Assembly (NCBI RefSeq): GCF_006345805.1
Contig: NC_042999.1
Coordinates: 113,770,001 to 113,834,000 of the forward strand
Direction of reading: 5' to 3'
DNA from: Octopus sinensis
Taxonomy: Eukaryota
DNA length: 64,000 nt
In this document: piece after piece, positions 25,111-39,001 of the stretch
How positions within the stretch are numbered: the first letter of the stretch is position 1
Layout: each line of letters starts with the position of its first letter
The notes under the pieces: model-generated
Told to the model about the DNA's origin: nothing
What the model saw: only the letters and a program-made list of their open reading frames with translations
Databases searched by the model: none
Translations under genes and position numbers: made by a program

Positions 25111-26069
25111 TGAGTATCTGCATGTGAATGGTTGTGCGAGATGGTGTATGAGAGAGAGGATAAGTGAAGTAGTGTGTGAGGTAGTGAATGCCTGTTTGTA
25201 TGAGTGTGTGGCAGAGAGGAAGAGAATGAGTGTGAGTGGGTGGGTATGTATAAGAGTGAGTTGGTGAAAGTGAATGAGTTGTTACGTGGGGGTCAGTGGG
25301 CAAGTAGGTGGGTATGTGAGAGGGTGGATATGTAAGTGAGCAAATGAGTAGAAGAAAGTGGGTACATGAGAATGTGGGAGTAAGGAATTGTGTGTGTGTC
25401 AATCTCTATATGCATGTCACCATGGGCAGAGGTTAGCATGTGTATGCAAGTATGTGTATATGTAGGCATAAATGTGTGTGTGTGTAAATATAAGTATGAT
25501 TGTGTGTACATGTACGCATCATGTGAGTATGAGTGTGCATGTGTGCAAGCAAGAGTGTGTATGCATACAAGTATGAGTGTATGCACGTACAAGTAATGTA
25601 TATGCGCAATTATAACATAAGGCAGCACTGACATTTGTGTCATTTCAGCATCTTTCATCATGATAATTGATATTACTGATTTCTTACATAAATGGAAAAT
25701 TGCAGACATCTGAGAGGGACATTCATGCCTATTCCACACATAACTAGCAACGTAGGTGAAAATATTTAACTGGGACTTAGAAATCTGATTGCAGTCTCAG
25801 TCTGACAATAATAACTTATTGTCAAATTCAGTGATCGCTGCCAATTTGAAACTTATGAACCACAAAGATGCCTAGATGTGTAAAGGGATTCCTCCAACCC
25901 ACTGAATGCCCTTTAAGCCTTTTGTTATCATATTTCTGATGAAAAACAGTCTTTATTCCAATGTATATTGAATATTATGAAGAATTTATTAAAATAATTT
26001 TTATCAATATTCAGCTAGTGTTTGAAATATAAATTTATATCTTTATGAAAGATTTTATTTCATTTCACT

Positions 26070-26246
26070 TTAACTCTTTAATATTCCGATTACTCTGTCA
26101 AATGTAATGCTTATTTATTCACATTGTTTTGAATTAAATCATGTATTATCTTGTAGCTATGAGATTTGGTAGATCTGGTCAATTTGAACATAAAACAGAT
26201 AGAATATTTTGGCCAGATATAGGCAGTTTAAATGCTAAAGGGTTAA
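26070..26246. mobile_element. piggyBac-like MITE family 1
   Basis: ttaa|ctcttt ... atgctaaaggg|ttaa termini. Confidence 0.8.
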
Positions 26247-26752
26247 ATTAGGAAGTTTGTACTGTAGAACTAAGGACAGTCTCAGGCAAGTTGGTTTCAA
26301 AAGGGTTAAAAATATAATTTGAGCTATGCTTAGTGTGTAAAACTACATAGCCACATTCCATAACAGGTTACATGTGGTGATTTTAGTTCATTGGATGGGA
26401 ATTTTCCATAAAAGGTTTTTATCATGTTTTAATATATACATGTTAAACTAAAACCAATTTTTGTAACTCACAGTTCTATAAAAGTCAAGATTATATGGGT
26501 TTCTGCTTGGCGATAAGAATGATATTCCAACAGGTTCAGAAGTATTAGAGCCTGGTACTTACTACTAAGAGTATACTGCTCAATAGTCTTTCAACAACCA
26601 TCTCAAAAATTACCAGTGCAATAATGCTGCTAAGCACACAATCTTGCTTATTAAAATTCAAGCAATCCGTATCTTAAAACAGCCAGACACTGTTAATTAA
26701 TCACCCACTATGATATGCATCAGATGTTTCCCACTAGTGTAGGATAAACACT

Positions 26753-27106
26753 AGGCACAGGCATAGCTGTGTGGTAAGAAGCTTGCTTCCCAACTACATG
26801 GTTCCAGGTTCAATCCCACTTGAGCAAATGTCTTCTACTATAGCCTCGGGCCAACCAAAGCCTTGTGAGTGAATCTGGTAGATGGAAACTGAAAGAAGCC
26901 TATTGTGTGTGTGTGTGTGTATCCCATCCACCATCCCATGACAACCAATGTTGGTGTGTTAACGTCCCCGTAACTTAGCAGTTCGGCAGAAGAGACCAAT
27001 AGAATAAGTACTAGGCTTACAAAGAATAAGTCCTAGAGTCGATTTGTTCAACTAAAAGTGGTGCTCCAGCATGGCCACAGTCAAATGACTGAAACAAGAG
27101 TAAAAG
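26753..27106 (+). mobile_element. Full-length SINE family B
   Basis: A/B-box-like head, core, (GT)n, and tail ending ggccacagtcaaatgactgaaacaag. Confidence 0.85.
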
Positions 27107-28812
27107 TATAACTAGTGACATCACTTGGATATTGGTTATTTTACAGGAATTAACAGGTCATAAAAAGTAATGGTAGAACTATCTTTGGACAGTTCAGATA
27201 TGGCGCTTATGAAGGCGCAACAAATTGAACTTTTCTGAGAAATTTTGTCATGAAATGTTTAAAGTAGTAGTGACTGTAAAGCTCGTTATGAGTGACCTGA
27301 CAAGTACAAACTGGTCAACCACAAAGGAATTTATCTTGAAAAGGAGCACAAAAAACCAGGTGCTAATTACATGCTTCTCATCTGCAGTTATTTTTGAAAG
27401 CTTTTGTCTGGCCATGTATGTTAAAGTTGTGTGAAAGAATGCTCTGACAGGGAAGTGTAAACATAACCCAGCATGGGACTAACCCTAAGGGACAGGTTAA
27501 TTCTTTACTGTCTGTCGCCTGTTAGAAATGATGACTGGTGTTTATCAATTGTTATGAGCTATTTCAAGGTATGTTAAATATACCTTAAAACATATTTTTA
27601 ATATCCTTGCTATTAAAACAGCTTCTCAAGTATACAACCTATTCATTTAAATAGAAAATGATAAGTGATAGGACCATAGGAGTTACAATTGTAATTGTCC
27701 TCTACTGTGACTGGTGAATTTCTAAACCACAAGATGTTAATGTCCAGATTATATATCATTGCTATTATGCAAAAGTGTCGTGAGTCTAAAACATTGCTTT
27801 TTCAGAAAACAAAAAAATAGTTTCAGCATTCCATTTCTTTTTACATTAGCAATAGTATCAGCTTTGACAATTTTCATATCTTAGCATCTGAAGCAAGTGG
27901 AGATACAATAGTTTGACCAAAAGAACCAGCTATTGCAAACAAAATTAAGTATTGAAAAAAAAAATGCATTTGGCCAAATTTGCACATATGACAGTTTAAC
28001 ATAATAGTAACGGTATATATAAAATTGTCCCTGGTTTGGAGGTGATGTTTTTTGTATGTTTGTTTTCAAGGTCCAAATTCCAACATATACATCAATACAT
28101 ATGATAAACCATTACAGAGATATAATGGTGTGGAACAAGTGAAAGTGTACTGATTATATGATGATTATAGATTACAAAAACTACACAGACAATTATTAAA
28201 AGGTTATTACAGTGATGTAGTAGATACAGAATAATTGGGGGACAAATGACTAACATAATATGACCACTTGAATGGTTCAGAATTCAGTTAAGGTAGGACC
28301 AAGATTATTAAAGGTGAAAACAGCTCAGGAAAATTGGAGAGTGAAAACACAAAAAAAGGGTGATGAGCTGCATGTATAAACAGCTAGAATAGAAGAGGGA
28401 GAGGCCAGAGAAATAGGGACTGGTTAATCAAAAGAACAGATAAAATACCTACTTGTGACTCTTTATCTCCCACCACAATGCACACAAATATTTACATGTA
28501 CAAAATTGTTACTGTCTTAAGAAACCAATTATTAATACACAAAGGAAATCTGAATAATTATAATCGGACAGAACATTAAAAAAAAGTCTTGTTTAAGGCA
28601 AATGTTTTTTTTTTAAATGAAGACTTTCATATTACGATAAAGGAGAATATAATCCTCATTAAAGATAACAAAGAAAGAAAATTATTTTATGGCAGGTTTA
28701 CAGAAAAAAAAAACACTGAAAAAAATAAAAATAAAATGAATGAGATTCTATAAAGCTGCTTGATCTGATCAATGCAGCTGCCAAATTATCCTCAGTAAAC
28801 TCTCTAGCATCT

Positions 28813-29040
28813 TTAACCCTTTCGCATTTAAACTAGTCATATCCAGCCTGAATATGCTACCATATTTGATCTAACCAACTAGATCCAGCCCATCACACCT
28901 ACCCTTCAATGCCATTCTAAAGATACACAATTCCAACATCAAAAATTATTGAATCTACAAAATAATGCATGATTAATTAAAATCAATGTGAATGAAAAAG
29001 CATTACATTTGACAGAATAATCAGTCAAATAAAAGGTTAA
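28813..29040. mobile_element. piggyBac-like MITE family 1 (others 29371-29585, 45516-45725, 54481-54709, 58700-58880)
   Basis: ttaa|ccctttcgcatt ... aaaagg|ttaa. Confidence 0.8.
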
Positions 29041-29940
29041 TAGAACGAGACCAAGACTTAAAGACAGGTTAGAAGAGCATTGTTCATAGTAAAAAAGATA
29101 AAGTGTCTAAAACTTGAATTTCATCAAGATGGCAAAGTTTGATGTGCCTTAACAGAGTATAGGGAACAGACATTTGACAAGTAAAAACAAACAAAACTGA
29201 CTAGGACCAACTCAATAACAATAACTCTTATGGATTCCCGATTTAAAATTGTCTATTCCTCTCTGTAATACTTTTGTACATAAATGGTCTCTTGGGGAGC
29301 CAATAAAATAGGGGTCATAACTATGTGATTGTTTGACTTATTAGAAATAGTAGTTACATATTCTACCACCTTAACCTTTTAGCATTCAGATTGATCAGTC
29401 AAATATAATGCTTATCTATTCACATTGTCTTGAATTAATCATGCATTTTCTCATAGCTTCAAGATTTCAATAGTGGGATTTATTTTCCAGAGTGACATTG
29501 CAAGATAGGTGCAAACGGCTAGATCAAGCCATTAACATAAAACAGATAGAATATTTTGGGTTTGATATGGCCAATTTAAATGCTATTTAAGTTCACATTG
29601 AACAATATACCTTCTCATATACAAAAGATAATGAGATGCTTACAGCTTGAATACCTTTTTGATTATAGGCCTAAAATCAGAACTTACACGTCATATACAA
29701 TATGCCCTGCTTTCGCTACTCCACAGATCTTTTCCCTTCTCACATCTGCCAGTTTATATCTATCCCTTCTTTTTGTAGCATTTTTAGCTTATGACTATAT
29801 TCAAGCATTGCCCACTTTCCCTTCATTTAACTAGTGTCTCTTATTCTCTTTCTCTATAAAAAAAAAAAAAAACAATTAACTCAATACACTGTGCTAAAAG
29901 ACATCTGAAGAGATTAACAACTTCCAAATACAATGATGAC
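29040..29940 (+). mobile_element. Probable Penelope-like element remnant (GIY-YIG region) interrupted by a MITE
   Basis: Frame NRTRPRLKDRLEEHCS at about 29039-29086 resembles the T..RL..RL.EH part of the GIY-YIG domain. A degenerate ctgaaga core lies at 29905. Confidence 0.4.
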
Positions 29941-30099
29941 ACTATGGTTACATAAAGAGAAGAACACTTTTTTTCAAGTTACTGGTGCTTAATTACACTA
30001 AGCTCCACCAAGCAGTGATACTTAAGGAGATCATCAAATCACGATAGCACACATCCATCTCCCAAATAAACTGGTTGGCTCCCAAAATTGGGTATTAGT

Positions 30100-30520
30100 G
30101 GTAATGCTTGTAATGGTGAACATAGTGTGTTGGCAATGATGGTAAAAATATTGCAGATAATGGCCATCATGGTGGTGGCAGTGACAGCCAACACAGTGCA
30201 TAGAGTGGTGGTAGTAGTGGTGATGAAAGTACTGATGATTGTAGTGATGGTAGTAGTAATACTAGTGACAATGGTAATAACCGTAAGCACGGTGAGGGTA
30301 ATGATCATGGTGGTGAATATGGTTATAGTAATGATTGAAGTAGTGAACATTCATGTGGTAATGATTGTGATAGTGAACAATGGTTAAGGCAATGGTCAAC
30401 ATAGTGAAAACAATAGTGATGGTCATGGTAATGATAGTGATAATCAATATGGTGGTAATAATAATGATGGTCAACATGGTGTTGGTAATGATGGTGAACT
30501 TAATAGAGGTGAAAATGATG
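30100..30520. repeat. Highly degenerate (RTG)n/(GTR)n trinucleotide tract
   Basis: Three-base periodicity gives long Thr/Ile- and Val/Met-rich pseudo-ORFs. Confidence 0.75.
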
Positions 30521-30772
30521 ACAGCACTGAAGTTCGAGGAGTGAGGGATGAGTGACAATAGTGTTCAACCATTCTTAAATACTGCTGGCAGATAAACTAT
30601 TACTTCAGACCAAGTCTCTTTTATATTCTCATGGTTTCCAGTGCCATTTCTGAAAAGCAATGCAGATCTCATGCTTTTTAGAAAAAGTATATTAAGAGTT
30701 TCCTTTTTATTTCCCACTCACACAAACACATTTCTTGTTTCAAAATATATATTTATGACAGAGGCAGTATCA

Positions 30773-31026
30773 GTAAAATAAATAAATGTGCCCTTTTAAA
30801 GCCTAGCCAGGCTCATGGGCCCAGTTTCTATAGTGTATGTGTTCCCCAGCTGGACGGGATGTCAGTCCATCGCAGCATTACCCATTTTTGCCAGCTGAGT
30901 GGACTGGAGCAACATGAAATGAAGTGTTTTGCTCAAGAACACAACGCGGCCCCCGGTTCAGGAATTGAAACCACAATCTTACGATCATGATGCTGACACC
31001 CTAACCACTAAGCCACACACCTCCAC
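30773..31026 (-). mobile_element. Full-length tRNA-headed SINE family D with an 11-bp TSD (others about 13445-13720, 50940-51267)
   Basis: Minus-strand head gtggaggtgtgtggcttagtggttagggtgtcagc...gtttcaattcc and (ATTT)n tail; aggcagtatca is duplicated at 30762-30772 and 31027-31037. Confidence 0.9.
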
Positions 31027-34000
31027 AGGCAGTATCAATACCGAGAGATAATATTTATCCCTACTTAAATGTGGATCTTCTGTTAGAACAAATTATACTG
31101 CGGTAGTTACCATGAAAGAAACTCCCATACTGGCTTTTGGTGCAAAATATTACTTCTTGTTTCATGATTTAAAAAAAAATTTTTTTCTTTCAATTGCTAG
31201 TCTTCCCAAAATATGCCAAATCAAAACACAAACTGCACACAAGAAATAGAGCAGCACAGTTTGGTTCTTCATCTGTCAATTAGTTATACAGCCTTGTATT
31301 TAATTAAGAGGTTCTTTTTGCAATTATGTGGTACCAGGTTTGTTCCCACTACCCAGTACCTTAGACACATGTTCTATCTTAGCCTTAGATCCACACAATC
31401 TTTGAGAGTATAATTGACTAAACAGAAACAACTGAATGAAAGATCATCAGACTGCACTTGTTCTCTAGTTGTAGACATAGAATTAATCTGTTGCTTGGTT
31501 TAACATGTTCCTCTGGTTTTTGAGAGCCTCAGCAAAATTCTCAATGTTGCAATGTTCAAACCAGATCTCCAAACAGAGATAAATTTGCTGCTTCCTACTG
31601 CAGCAACTAGCGTGTCATGGTTTTTCCTGCTCCACCATGACCAATCTCCACTACCAATGTTAGAGCCCTTGAAAAGAGCTATAACAGTGCTCTTTCTCCT
31701 CTTGCAAAAGAGGGGACATGTGTGTGTGTGTGTGTGTGTGTGCGCGCGCATATATGATTGCACAAAATGCCCCTCTTCCACAATAATCGCACATTTCTGC
31801 TGACACATTGCGAAGTTCACTAAATTTTCAAGTGCATATTACAGAGCAGGGTGGGGGATAGAATCAATCACTAGAAGATTTGAAGAATCTAGAAATGTCT
31901 CTCTGTAGCTAAAATAGATTCAGTAAATATCCTCTGAACCACTGTTTCCATTTCCATACTGCTTTATCCAAAGCATTTATTTGATGTATTTATACATAAT
32001 CTGAAAACAAGTTAAGCTAATTAACCAATTCTATTGAATGCTATGTTTTAATATATAAAGAGGTATGAGGCAAAATGTGCAATAGACCACTTTATAGATA
32101 AAATGTTAATTATATGCTTGTTGAAGTGATAGCTTTGAAATATTGCAAAAACTAAAGAATAAAAAGGATGCTGATAGGAAAACTTTGCATAAGTAAGTCA
32201 AGCTAAATATAAAGCAAATTTAATCTACCCAAAGAATAATGCCAAGTGAATGTGATGGGTGGGGTCCCTTAACCTAAATGGGCTGGTATGCAGTTAGTAC
32301 ATGCTTCTTGAAAAGAAATAGAACCTAGAGGCAATCGTGATTACTTCCAATGCAGTTTTGCTATTCTTAACAGTTAGAGCACAGATTTACAAATCTTTAT
32401 GTATAGAGTCTAGCTGGCACCTTAACAGTAAGATAATGATCTGTCTACACACAAGCAGGTTATTCAGTGATAACTTCAATAACAACAACACCAACAACAA
32501 TCAAAGCTCTGAATTAAGAGACAAGGCACAGAACAAATTTAAAACTGGCAACGTTGGCTTCTGGCACAATTTACACAGCTCAATATTTCTTCTTCTGTCA
32601 TGAGCGAAGGGGAAAATCTATAAGTTTGGGGCCCCAGGGGAAAGCAAAGTATCGACATTATGTATGTATAAATAGCATTCTTTTTTTATTTATTTTTTGT
32701 TCTTTTCTCTTTCTTGTGCTTCTTCTTCCAAGCTGACATAGCTTAGGCATGTCTCTGAGGCAACATTTGGAACAATTCCAGTGCACATAATATTGGCATA
32801 CTATTAGAGAATAAGGTGACACAGGGTGACTGTAACATATATTATTGCAGATGAGGTTTTATGAGTGAAGATCCTTCATATTGCCAGCCTATTCAACACC
32901 TATAGGACCACTATTATATAAATGCAAAAAACATTTACACTTTATAAAATACTTTGCCTCTCTTTGATCTTAATTCCAAAATTTAGATTAAATTTTAAGT
33001 GTTTGAATTCATAAACATAAGTCTATGTGGTGAAGGGTATTACATATTCTTCAGTAGAAGAAAATGATGCAATCTGAAATATTTAATGCCAAAATTTGGA
33101 AATGCAATAGAATGGATTATTCATTAGATGGATGATAACATCAATTTATGGTGAGGACCGAGGACTGCTTGTTTGTACTGTGGAACACAGAAAAATGAAA
33201 GAGAGATAGAGACAATAGGAGAAAGAGAAAAAAAGAGAGCAAGTGAAGAAAAGGAGAGAAAAGTGGGGGAAAGAGAGAGAAATTAAGGGAAAGCTAAAAA
33301 CAAAAGGAAGAGAGACAAAGAGAAAGATAGGAAAAAAAATAGAGTTGAGGATTACAAAAGGACTCAACTGTGATATCAGTCTAGGATACTTGTTGTTTTT
33401 GTTATTCTTATTTAATACCACATCAGTAGACCTATGACAAAATATATTAGTCTTCCCCTACATTATCTACTACATGATTCTGAAAGTGTATTTAGGTCTG
33501 TATTACTCTCTCTGTTTTCAATAGCATGGAGTGATTTGAATACAATGTGACTGTTCTTTCTAACCATGAACAGTTTCCTCTTTCGCTCATTACAACTTCT
33601 TTTGTAACAATTTTAACAACTTTATTATGTGAAGGGCTAAGAAGGGTGTAACATATTCAATCCCTTTTAATACCACCCTACCTAACACTGCTCCTGGTTC
33701 TAGGACATAAATTCCCTGCTTCAAAGTAATTTAAATTAAAACCTCCCATCAGAATTTTAGGTTAATTTTGGTTCCACAAACCAGCTTAACCCATTTGATA
33801 CCAACCTGTCTCGGACTGTCCAAGTCCATGACAGAAATTTCCTGTTTAAAGTCATCTAAATTACAATTTTCCATCAAAATTTCATGTTAATTTGTGATAA
33901 TGACAAATTCTTCATTATTTTCAAACTTATTTAAAACAGGAGCAGTAGATTTCAATAGGAATATAACAAAAAGTGTTAATAACAAAACGATTAATATCAA

Positions 34001-34982
34001 AATAGAAGTGGATGACAGGAAGACATTTGTGACAATTTTGAGGGCCTGAAGATAGATATTTGCAAGTCATACTGTACTGTCAAGTAAAAATTGTAAGCAT
34101 CCTGCTAAGCTGTACCGCAATAAGGAATGCAGGAAGCAAATGGTTTAGCTATCACACTGATGTAGCTAATAACCAGTTTTTTTAATATATTTTAAACTCA
34201 ATTCAGCCTTGATCAAACAGACTTCTAAGGTGTTCAAACCATGGATACAGTGTTGCTTATTTATTATTTTTTTTCCTAACACATCATGATCATCTAAGAC
34301 TACTTTGTTTAAGGTGTTCTACCTTCTTTAAAGATGGCAGGATTGGTTTGGTTTAAAGAGGGGTGCTGCCATTATGTACATTTGCTTGGCCAGCCTCATG
34401 GAGATTCCCTCTATGGTTCACACACAGACATATACTATGTATACATACATTCGTGTGTGTCTATGTGTGTGTACACACACACACACGTATATATAAATAT
34501 ATATATATATACACACACACACATATATATACATACACTCCCTACTCATGCACCCTTAGTAATCTTTTACCATTCCATTTATATTCACATTCTTGCACCT
34601 TGAGAGTGTGTCCTGGCACATCATCTCTCACACACTCTCCTGCTCATTCTTACTCTCCCTTTCTCTCTGTCACCCTCTGATTGGGGTAACCATGTATCAC
34701 TTCTACAACAAAACACCCGTTTCTGTCCCTCTATCAGACTTTAAGCTCTCATCACCAGGCACAAAGTCACCTCACTTAATAACACTACCCATCTATCCCA
34801 GTTGAGGGATCTTTGTCATGCAAGTTACTTGGTGACCTCACTGGTGCTGGTATCACAAAAAAGACACCCAACCAACTCTGTAAAGTGATTGGCATTAGAA
34901 AGGGCGTCCAGCTGTAGAAACCATACCAAAGCAGGCAGTGGAGCTTGGCACAGTCCTCGGGCTTACCAGCTCCTGTCATACT

Positions 34983-35208
34983 TATTTCTTTATTACCCAC
35001 AAGGGGCTAAACATAGAGGGGACAAACAAGGACAGACATAGGTATTAAGTCGATTACATCAACCCCAGTGTGTAACTGGTACTTAATTTATCAACCCCGA
35101 AAGGATGAAAGGCAAAGTCGACCTCGGCGGAATTTGAACTCAGAACGTAGCGGCAGACGAAATACTGCTGAGCATTTTGCCCGGCGTGCTAACGTTTCTG
35201 CCAGCTCA
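34983..35208 (-). mobile_element. Young SINE family A copy nested in an RTE-tailed SINE (host about 34790-35280)
   Basis: Many CpGs retained; ctgtcatact is duplicated at 34973-34982 and 35209-35218. Confidence 0.85.
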
Positions 35209-36749
35209 CTGTCATACTGTCCAACCGATGCCATCAAGGAAGACCGACATTAAATGATGATGATGATGATAATGATGATATACATATATACACATATTTA
35301 TCTACACACAAGCATGCACACAACACATACATATACAAACATATACACACATACATGCATACACACACACACATATATATATACATGCAACACACTAGTA
35401 TATCTATTTATTGTTACTTATCCCTAGGTCATTCCTGATGAAGCAGAACTTTGACCAAAGATTTTTTTTTCAGGGGAATCAATCAAGATTACATTAGCCA
35501 ATATCTCTTGTTTTTTTTGTTTTCTTTTTGTTTTGTTTTTTTTTCCCCTTAAACAGTATAATGTGATTTCACGAAGATCTTTGTTGCTAAATCTTGCAAG
35601 CAAGGCAACCATCTGGAATAAAGCTCAGAGAACTAGTTGCACAAATGATATACATAAATATATGTAATGCTAAAATGACAAATTCTCATGCAACTTTTCA
35701 CCATAATGCCTTACAGCATAAACAAACTATGACAAGATGAAGATTTCAGCAAGTTGTTTTGGTGAAAGTGTGGGAGTTGAGGTTCAAAAATCGTGTTAGG
35801 TCATATATGCAAGAGAGGTAGGAAATGAGAGAGAGAGAGACAGACAGACAGAAAGAGAAGAACAGAAAGTCAGAGAGAGAGAGAAGAAAAGAGAGAGAAT
35901 AAGAAGTCAGATAATGAGAAGCAGACAAAGAGACAAGGAGAAAGAGTGAGAGAGATCGAGACACATAAAGAAGTATGGTATGATGAAGTTTTAGAGATCT
36001 AAAATCCATGGAAAAATAGTTAGAATGTGGCTCCACTAAAATTTTGTCAGAATTTGAGAATTCAAAATATTTTGCCTAGTTTCTATATAGTCTATTTTAG
36101 CAGCACTGAGTGGAATCATGAAAACATTAAGTACATATATGCATTTGCACACAGAGAGAAATGCATTCATGAAGGTGTGTGTGTGTGTGTGCGTATAGAT
36201 AGTTTTACAAAAAAAAAAAAAAAAAACTTCAAAGTAGATTTGCAGTGGAGATTCCTTTGTAATCACTCTCCTGATGTAAGCAATGGAAATGAAAACTTCA
36301 GTCGAGATACTCTTCCTAGTCATGCATTTGGTTATCAGGTCTCAAACTTCAAATTTGACATGGAAGAAGAAAAAGAGCTATAAATTCAAAAGTTATATCA
36401 TTAAAATTTTTTCACAAGACTGATCTTAACTAATTCATTGCATCCATTTTCTCCTACAAGTTATTGCTTAGTTCCAGATTCACTCTGATAGTGCAGACAT
36501 ATAATTAAGTATGCCCCCTCATAATCATCTCTTCTATTACCATCATTATTGTCATAATGTATCTAGGGCTACAATATGCAATGTGTCTTCTTTTTTTTTT
36601 TTTAGAGAACAGGATGTGAACTGAATGAGATTGGCTGCTGTTTCCAGCTGGTCAAACAAAAGTATAGAGGCTCTTATGTAAGCTCATTTTATTTATGAGT
36701 TTATACCAAAGACAAGCCAAAATATAAAACTATATTTTGCAGAGTTTTA

Positions 36750-37125
36750 CCATGTGGTTGTGTGTTAAGAAGTTTGCATCCCAACAACATGGTTGCAGGT
36801 TCAATCCCACTGCATGGCACCTTGGGTAAGTGTCTTCTACTATAGCCCCAGGTTGACCAAAGCCTTGTGAGGAGATTTAGTAGATGGAAACTGAAGGAAG
36901 CCCGATATCTATATGCATGTGTTTTTGTGTCTGTTCCCCCAACAACCACCACCACCTGACTATAGGTGTTGCTGTGTTTACATCCCCATAACTTAACAGC
37001 TCAGCAAAAGAGAATAAGTCCTAAGCGTTAAAAAAAAGTCCTGGGATCAATTTGTTCAACCAAAACCCTTCAAGATGATGTCCCAGCATGGCTGCAGTCA
37101 AATGACTGAAACAAATAAAAGATAA
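36750..37125 (+). mobile_element. Full-length SINE family B
   Basis: Same head/core/tail as 26753-27106. Confidence 0.8.
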
Positions 37126-38579
37126 AACACTCAGAATTCTGGTAACATGAGGCTTATACTGCCTGTAAGAAAGAGGATAAAACCAACACAAAATATCTCC
37201 AAATTACTCGATTTTTGCCAAAATAAAACACTTAACACTGATAAATGAAACTGAACATAATATAATTCACTAATTTTCCACAGCTATGGACAAATATGAA
37301 AGTATTACTTCAACATTGCTTCTCTGTTGAGGCTTTGTTTCCATCATTAATTTACCATTTTTAGATTTACAGCAAACCTAGGATTGCTGGCATGTTGCAG
37401 AGCGTTTTATTAAACCCTTTCCGAAGTAAAGGTAGAACAACAAAGGCAGATAATGAAGAGATTTGTATTCACAAAGAGAACATATAAAAGTATAACAATC
37501 AATCAGGGGTGAATAGATATCTCTGAAACAGAAAGGAGGGAATACATACATCTGGTGGAATATGAATGGGTGTACGCACAGGCGTTCACTTACTCACACA
37601 CACACACTAACACAAACATACACAGCATGTACACACAAACAGAAACAGTATGTGCACACACGCACACACACACACACCACACACACACACGCACATGCAC
37701 ACACACACACACACACACACATCAAGTAAGTTCTGCAAAGAATGGCTGGAAGAGAGATGCTGAGTCAAGATAACAATATCACAAACACAACAGCTTTTAA
37801 CAAATTGACAGTCTATAATATATAATACTCTTCAAGCTGAACCTATTTCCTGTAAAATGGAAAAAGCCCTCCCAGAAAAGACATGAGTTGTTATTGTCAT
37901 TATTATTTAGCCACAGGTCAGCTCTTATCAAGAAAACCTATGATCAAAGGCATTCCACTCATAACTGTCATGTCCTATTATTCGAGCTTAGTATGCCCAC
38001 CAGACTAGGTTTTCCAATGTCTTTTCTCTTGCAAGACAGTTAGGAAGTGGTTTAAAAGATTTGACTGCTACTGCTAGCAAATCAGGTTCTCACAGTGTCA
38101 GTCATCCAAGTAGCCAAGATTTCAATGAGTTGCAGGAACTACTTTATCTTAAGACATTTTTTTGCTCAATACTTCTAATTGTCTAGGTTTGTCCCATACA
38201 ACACAAACAGATCTTTCTCTCTAATAAAGATAAATCCATTTTATTTATAGATTTTATTTTCCCAGACATTTTGAGCAGACTATTTTCCTTTTATTTCATT
38301 TTTCCTTGGAGTTTTTTTTCTTATTTTTCTTTTTTGAGGGTGATGGAGTTAGCTATCTCATTTTTACATGCAAGAAGAAACGGAATAGTTTTTTGCTGGA
38401 ATAATATTTGTTTCTACATTTGTGTGTGTGTGTGTGCGTGCGTGCGTGCGTGTGTGTGTAGTATGATACTAATTTATCACTGTATGATAAGTGATAAGTA
38501 GTCTTATTTCCTATCTTAACTTAAGCCATTTTGCTTCTGTAAACATGCCATACAATGGTAATGTGTAAACAATTCTTAC

Positions 38580-38636
38580 ATTGCCTCTATCAACAAATTT
38601 ATTTACAAAATACTGGCTTGTTTGCCCTTGATGGTC
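38580..38636 (-). CDS. Weak candidate 57-nt phase 0-0 exon DHQGQTSQYFVNKFVDRGN
   Basis: Minus-strand acceptor aaatttattccag| and donor AAT|GTAAGA, 19 open codons. Phase-compatible with 24667-24726 but could be chance. Confidence 0.22.
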
Positions 38637-39001
38637 CTGGAATAAATTTCAACACACACCCATTTGAAGGCCAAAGATGTTTACTACCATTCATATACAT
38701 CACCATCATTTTTTTTGCTTTTGTTTATTTTGTTTCGTTTTTCCAGCGGATAGGCACAGTTCCAAAACCAAAAGATATTCAACTGTAGAACGACAGAGCA
38801 TGCATAACAATTACCAATAAGAGCCTGACAGAGACAAAACTGGACAGACCTAATTTTACTTGCAAAACAAAAACATTTAATTTTAATAATTCAATTAACA
38901 ATCATTAAAATTACACTCCACCCCCATCGACTGCAATTCAAAAAGATATTTTGCATGTAAACCTAAATTAATGCTTCCGTTACTTAAAAAGGAAAGCAAT
39001 A

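Noticed and set aside
31619-31642. Minus-strand Walker A-like peptide GHGGAGKT
   Set aside because: A stop follows three codons later, there is no donor site, and no other GTPase motifs lie nearby; probably chance.
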